A model generated the notes under the pieces. It was not told where the DNA came from and ran no database searches. It saw only the letters and a list, made by a program, of their open reading frames with translations. Made by a program: the position numbers and the translations under genes. From Psychrobacter cryohalolentis K5 (GTDB lineage Bacteria; Pseudomonadota; Gammaproteobacteria; Pseudomonadales; Moraxellaceae), in the NCBI RefSeq assembly GCF_000013905.1, contig NC_007969.1:1710001-1742000 (forward strand): DNA of 32,000 bases, written 5' to 3'. The stretch's first letter is position 1; each line of letters opens with the position of its first letter. Below are positions 29,051 through 32,000 of this stretch, piece by piece.

Positions 29051-30463
29051 ATGACAACCACTACTCGCCAAGAATACGACTTACTTGGTCATCGCGATGT
29101 GCCAGCTGACGCTTACTACGGCATACAAACCTTACGTGCTTTTGAAAACTTCACTGTGAGCGGTGTGCGCTTACATCAATTCTCTACCTTTATCCGTGCC
29201 TTTGCTACCGTCAAAAAAGCCGCTGCCATTGCCAATAACAAAGTTGGTGTATTAAATGATACCGTCAAAGATGCGATCGTCGCGGCATGTGATGACTTAA
29301 TCGCTGATAAATATCATGACCAATTTATCGTCGATATGTTTCAAGGCGGCGCAGGCACCTCAACCAATATGAATGTCAATGAGGTCGTTGCCAATCGTGC
29401 TTTAGAGATATTAGGCTATGAAAAAGGGCAATATCAGCATGTGCATCCAAATAATCATGTCAACCTTTCGCAGTCGACCAATGATGCCTATCCAACGGCG
29501 CTTAATGTCGCATTGGATGACTATTGCACGCGTCTATTGGATAAGATGGCGGTGCTGCACCAAAGTCTAATTAACAAAAGCATCGAATTCGCCGATCAAT
29601 TAAAAATGGGACGCACCCATCTACAAGATGCGGTGCCGATGACAGCAGGTCAAGAATTCAACGCTTTTGCAACGATGGTCAAAAAAGAGATGGCGCGTAT
29701 CGAGTCAACTCGCGCACTTTTTCATGAGATTAATATGGGCGGTACCGCTATCGGTACTGGCTTGAATGCACCTGCTGGGTATTCAGAGCTGTGTGCTGAG
29801 ACATTACAAGAGCTAACTGGCAGACCTTATTATATCGCTGAAGATTTGATTGAAGCCACACAAGATACCAGTGCTTATGTTGCTTTGTCTGGCAATCTGC
29901 GTCTATTTGCTGCTCGTCTATCAAAGATTGCTCATGACTTACGCTTGCAATCCTCGGGTCCTCGTGCAGGCTTGGCACAATATCGCCTGCCTGAGATGCA
30001 GCCTGGTAGCTCAATCATGCCGGGTAAAGTAAACCCTGTTATACCTGAAGTGGTCAATCAAGCGTGTTTTCATGTAATGGGTATTGATACCGCTATCGTC
30101 ATGGCATCAGAGAACGCTCAGCTACAACTCAATGTCTTTGAGCCAGTCATTGCTTTCAACTTATTTACCGGTATGAGCATGATGGCAAATATCTGTGAGA
30201 TATTTGCCACGCGCTGTATCGATGGCGTAATGATGAATAATGAAGCGTGTAATACTGAAGTATTCAACAATATTGGTCTGGTAACCGCATTAAACCCACA
30301 TTTGGGTTATGAGTCGTCTACCTATGTGGCAAGAAAAGCCCAAGAAACCGGTGGTCGTGTTTATGACATCGTTCTAGAAGAGAACCTGATGGATAAAGAG
30401 ACGTTAGACAATCTACTCTCTCCTGCTAACATGGTATATCCAAAGGTCAAACTAACCCCTTAG
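29051..30463 (+). CDS. aspA: Aspartate ammonia-lyase
   Basis: The N-terminus is EYDLLGHRDVPADAYYGIQTLRAFENF. Other matches are QGGAGTSTNMNVNEV, SQSTNDAYPT and the fumarate-lyase signature GSSIMPGKVNPVIPEVVNQ. The overall pattern is closer to AspA than to FumC. Confidence 0.9.
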   Translation: MTTTTRQEYDLLGHRDVPADAYYGIQTLRAFENFTVSGVRLHQFSTFIRAFATVKKAAAIANNKVGVLNDTVKDAIVAACDDLIADKYHDQFIVDMFQGGAGTSTNMNVNEVVANRALEILGYEKGQYQHVHPNNHVNLSQSTNDAYPTALNVALDDYCTRLLDKMAVLHQSLINKSIEFADQLKMGRTHLQDAVPMTAGQEFNAFATMVKKEMARIESTRALFHEINMGGTAIGTGLNAPAGYSELCAETLQELTGRPYYIAEDLIEATQDTSAYVALSGNLRLFAARLSKIAHDLRLQSSGPRAGLAQYRLPEMQPGSSIMPGKVNPVIPEVVNQACFHVMGIDTAIVMASENAQLQLNVFEPVIAFNLFTGMSMMANICEIFATRCIDGVMMNNEACNTEVFNNIGLVTALNPHLGYESSTYVARKAQETGGRVYDIVLEENLMDKETLDNLLSPANMVYPKVKLTP

Positions 30464-30480
30464 TTTTTCTTTTTTAACGT

Positions 30481-30520
30481 AAAAAGGCTGGGTTAGCAAT
30501 TGCTAATCCAGCCTTTTTTT
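30481..30520. terminator. Bidirectional rho-independent terminator between convergent aspA and the GlcG-like gene
   Basis: AAAAAGGCTGGGTTAGCA-at-TGCTAATCCAGCCTTTTTTT forms the hairpin (one G-U pair). Confidence 0.85.
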
Positions 30521-30627
30521 ATTTTATTCATACCTGCATTATTTGGGGAAAGCCTATAAGCTATATCTACGCACTGTCTAAAGATTGTGAAAATTAAAAA
30601 TTAGTGCGTGGAACTTGCCCTATATAT

Positions 30628-31083
30628 TTACTCTAAAACGCTTAAGCCTGCGAGAGCAATACTTACATCTTCATTGCCATGTGCGCCGCCCACACCAATA
30701 CCGCCAGCCACAATACCATCAATATATACAGGAATACCGCCCGGCATTATCAGTATGTTTTCATCAAGGTATCTGATGTCGGCAGCAATACTACCGTCCG
30801 CAACGCCTCTAGCGATAACTGCTGTTTCTCTTTTTTGCGAATTGGCTGTATAGGCTTTTTTATAACTTGAGCGAATAGTATGCACACCCGCTCGATGATC
30901 CTTTAAAAAGGCCAGTATTTGCCCAGAACGATCAACCACCGTCACCGATACCATTAGACCATGCCTTTTAGACTCTATAAATGCAGCATTCACCATATCT
31001 TGTGCCATCTCGCCTGTAAGTAACGAGATTTTTGTATCTTGTGTTTCAGTACAAGAGACGCTATCCATAGCTGTAATTCCCAT
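30628..31083 (-). CDS. GlcG/HbpS-like (DUF336) haem-binding/haem-degrading family protein
   Basis: It is about 150 aa with [21 protein letters not shown] and the C-terminal GGIPVY.DG...GGIGVGGA motif characteristic of DUF336. The ORF-track start at 31089 is a TTG. The ATG at 31083 has an AAGGA RBS 6 nt upstream. Confidence 0.75.
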   Translation of the reverse strand: MGITAMDSVSCTETQDTKISLLTGEMAQDMVNAAFIESKRHGLMVSVTVVDRSGQILAFLKDHRAGVHTIRSSYKKAYTANSQKRETAVIARGVADGSIAADIRYLDENILIMPGGIPVYIDGIVAGGIGVGGAHGNEDVSIALAGLSVLE

Positions 31084-31127
31084 CTTCAATCCTTGATTTG
31101 ATTTTATGAATAATTCATTGTCTTTGC

Positions 31128-31330
31128 TTAACTCTCAGGCGCACGCTTCATAGTAATAATCAGCATGCTCACCAATGTGATAAGTAGCATCAGCCAAACG
31201 GCTTGAAAGCTACCTGACCACTCACGCAAAAATCCGGCAAAGTACGGAATAATTGCGGTAATAACAAACTAATACCTTGTACAAATGCGATCACAGCACC
31301 AGCCAATGTAAGAGATGACAGAGATTCAAA
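31128..31330 (-). pseudogene. Remnant of the C-terminal end of an MFS-type (or similar) membrane transporter, 5'-truncated and frameshifted
   Basis: My manual minus-strand translation gives ...ESLSSLTLAGAVIAFVQGISLL in one frame. After a 1-nt shift it continues [46 protein letters not shown]. These are two TM-like helices and a basic tail with no start codon and no N-terminal body. Neither piece reaches the 60-aa ORF cut-off. Confidence 0.45.
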
Positions 31331-31540
31331 TACGACTGTTAACGTGAAAGAGATGCATCAATTTTATAAAAATGATAACTGAAACACTGTAGAGGTTAGC
31401 AATCGGTGCATGGCGACTGCTTGAATATTTATTCCTCTAGAAAGGCTTGTAAGGTATGAGCTTAGCAGCCAGTGTCATGATAATGTCTAAGATATCTATA
31501 TAAGCGGTTGAATAAGCTTTTTGATAATACGGACAAGAGC

Positions 31541-31667
31541 GTCATGCTTTTAGCAACTAGCAACTAGCAACTAGCAACTAGCAACTAGCAACTAGCAACT
31601 AGCAACTAGCAACTAGCAACTAGCAACTAGCAACTAGCAACTAGCAACTAGCAACTAAAAGCATGAC
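31541..31667. repeat. Heptanucleotide microsatellite (TAGCAAC)x15 (31551-31655) enclosed by a perfect 13-bp inverted repeat GTCATGCTTTTAG / CTAAAAGCATGAC
   Basis: By direct count, units start at 31551+7k for k=0..14 and all are identical. The left arm is 31541-31553 and the right arm is 31655-31667, and they are exact reverse complements. The element is intergenic, between the hrpA stop and the transporter remnant. Confidence 0.97.
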
Positions 31668-31709
31668 CATAAAAATTTGCGAACGGTTACTGAAGTACTT
31701 ACTTTTATG

Positions 31710-32000
31710 CTAACTCATTTTATCCCATATCTTACTTAGACGCTTGGGCGATACCGCCATACGGGTTTTCATCGGCTGAGCAAACAGTTGAATGCGGTAC
31801 TCCTCGACCATCCAGCGGTAATCGCTGATGGCTTTATCATTAGCACGTCCTGCAAGTCTTTCCATATGTAAGTCAAGGGCATAGACGCCATCGAGGTCAG
31901 CTTCGACATTGTGCTCAAGGCGGTCGATACGAATCTCTAGCGCTTCCAGATAGCGTGGATACTGCTGCCAGTGGCTATAATCCATACGATAAACAAAATC
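31710..32000 (-). CDS. hrpA: ATP-dependent RNA helicase HrpA, C-terminal (DUF3418) end; 5' part lies beyond the window
   Basis: The reading frame stays open to base 32000. The tail WQQYPRYLEALEIRIDRL...YRWMVEEYRIQLFAQPMKTRMAVSPKRLSKIW matches the conserved HrpA C-terminus. Confidence 0.8.
   Translation of the reverse strand, partial: DFVYRMDYSHWQQYPRYLEALEIRIDRLEHNVEADLDGVYALDLHMERLAGRANDKAISDYRWMVEEYRIQLFAQPMKTRMAVSPKRLSKIWDKMS

Noticed and set aside
31551-31655. Heptamer tract as a classical translational phase-variation switch inside a gene.
   Set aside because: TAG (and CTAG on the complement) recurs every 7 bp. All six frames are therefore closed within a few units, so the tract cannot lie within a coding sequence.

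Overview
This 32-kb window looks like an ordinary chromosomal core region of an AT-rich gammaproteobacterium. Gene content and protein style suggest Moraxellaceae or a Psychrobacter-like genome, but that is inference only. I can support 21 intact or partial protein genes, nearly all housekeeping: sbcD (5' partial), sbcC, a giant NAD-glutamate dehydrogenase, purD, an ABC1/UbiB-family kinase, a TrmB-like methyltransferase, yacG, argD, a LysR regulator, dnaX, an orphan protein of about 430 aa, lysS, a Cys-rich lipoprotein, prfA, a long FabH-type KAS III, pnuC plus a stand-alone NadR-type ribosylnicotinamide kinase, a DUF421 membrane protein, an EamA/DMT transporter, aspA, a GlcG/DUF336 protein and the 3' end of hrpA. 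There are also several clear rho-independent terminators. I see no rRNA, tRNA, CRISPR array, IS element, integrase, or recognisable toxin-antitoxin or defence cassette, and I cannot support a novel multi-gene system here. The unusual items are local. (1) A perfect 12-bp x15 in-frame tandem repeat inside dnaX encodes (PVVE)n in the tau linker. (2) A non-coding 7-bp x15 microsatellite (TAGCAAC) is enclosed by a perfect 13-bp inverted repeat, in a decayed intergenic patch beside a frameshifted MFS-transporter remnant. (3) An unrecognisable protein of about 430 aa sits between lysS and dnaX. (4) Several proteins have atypical architecture: an SbcD insertion, a TrmB-like enzyme lacking the basic motif, and DUF421 with a C-terminal Cys cluster. 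All product calls come from motif recognition by eye, and no database search was run.
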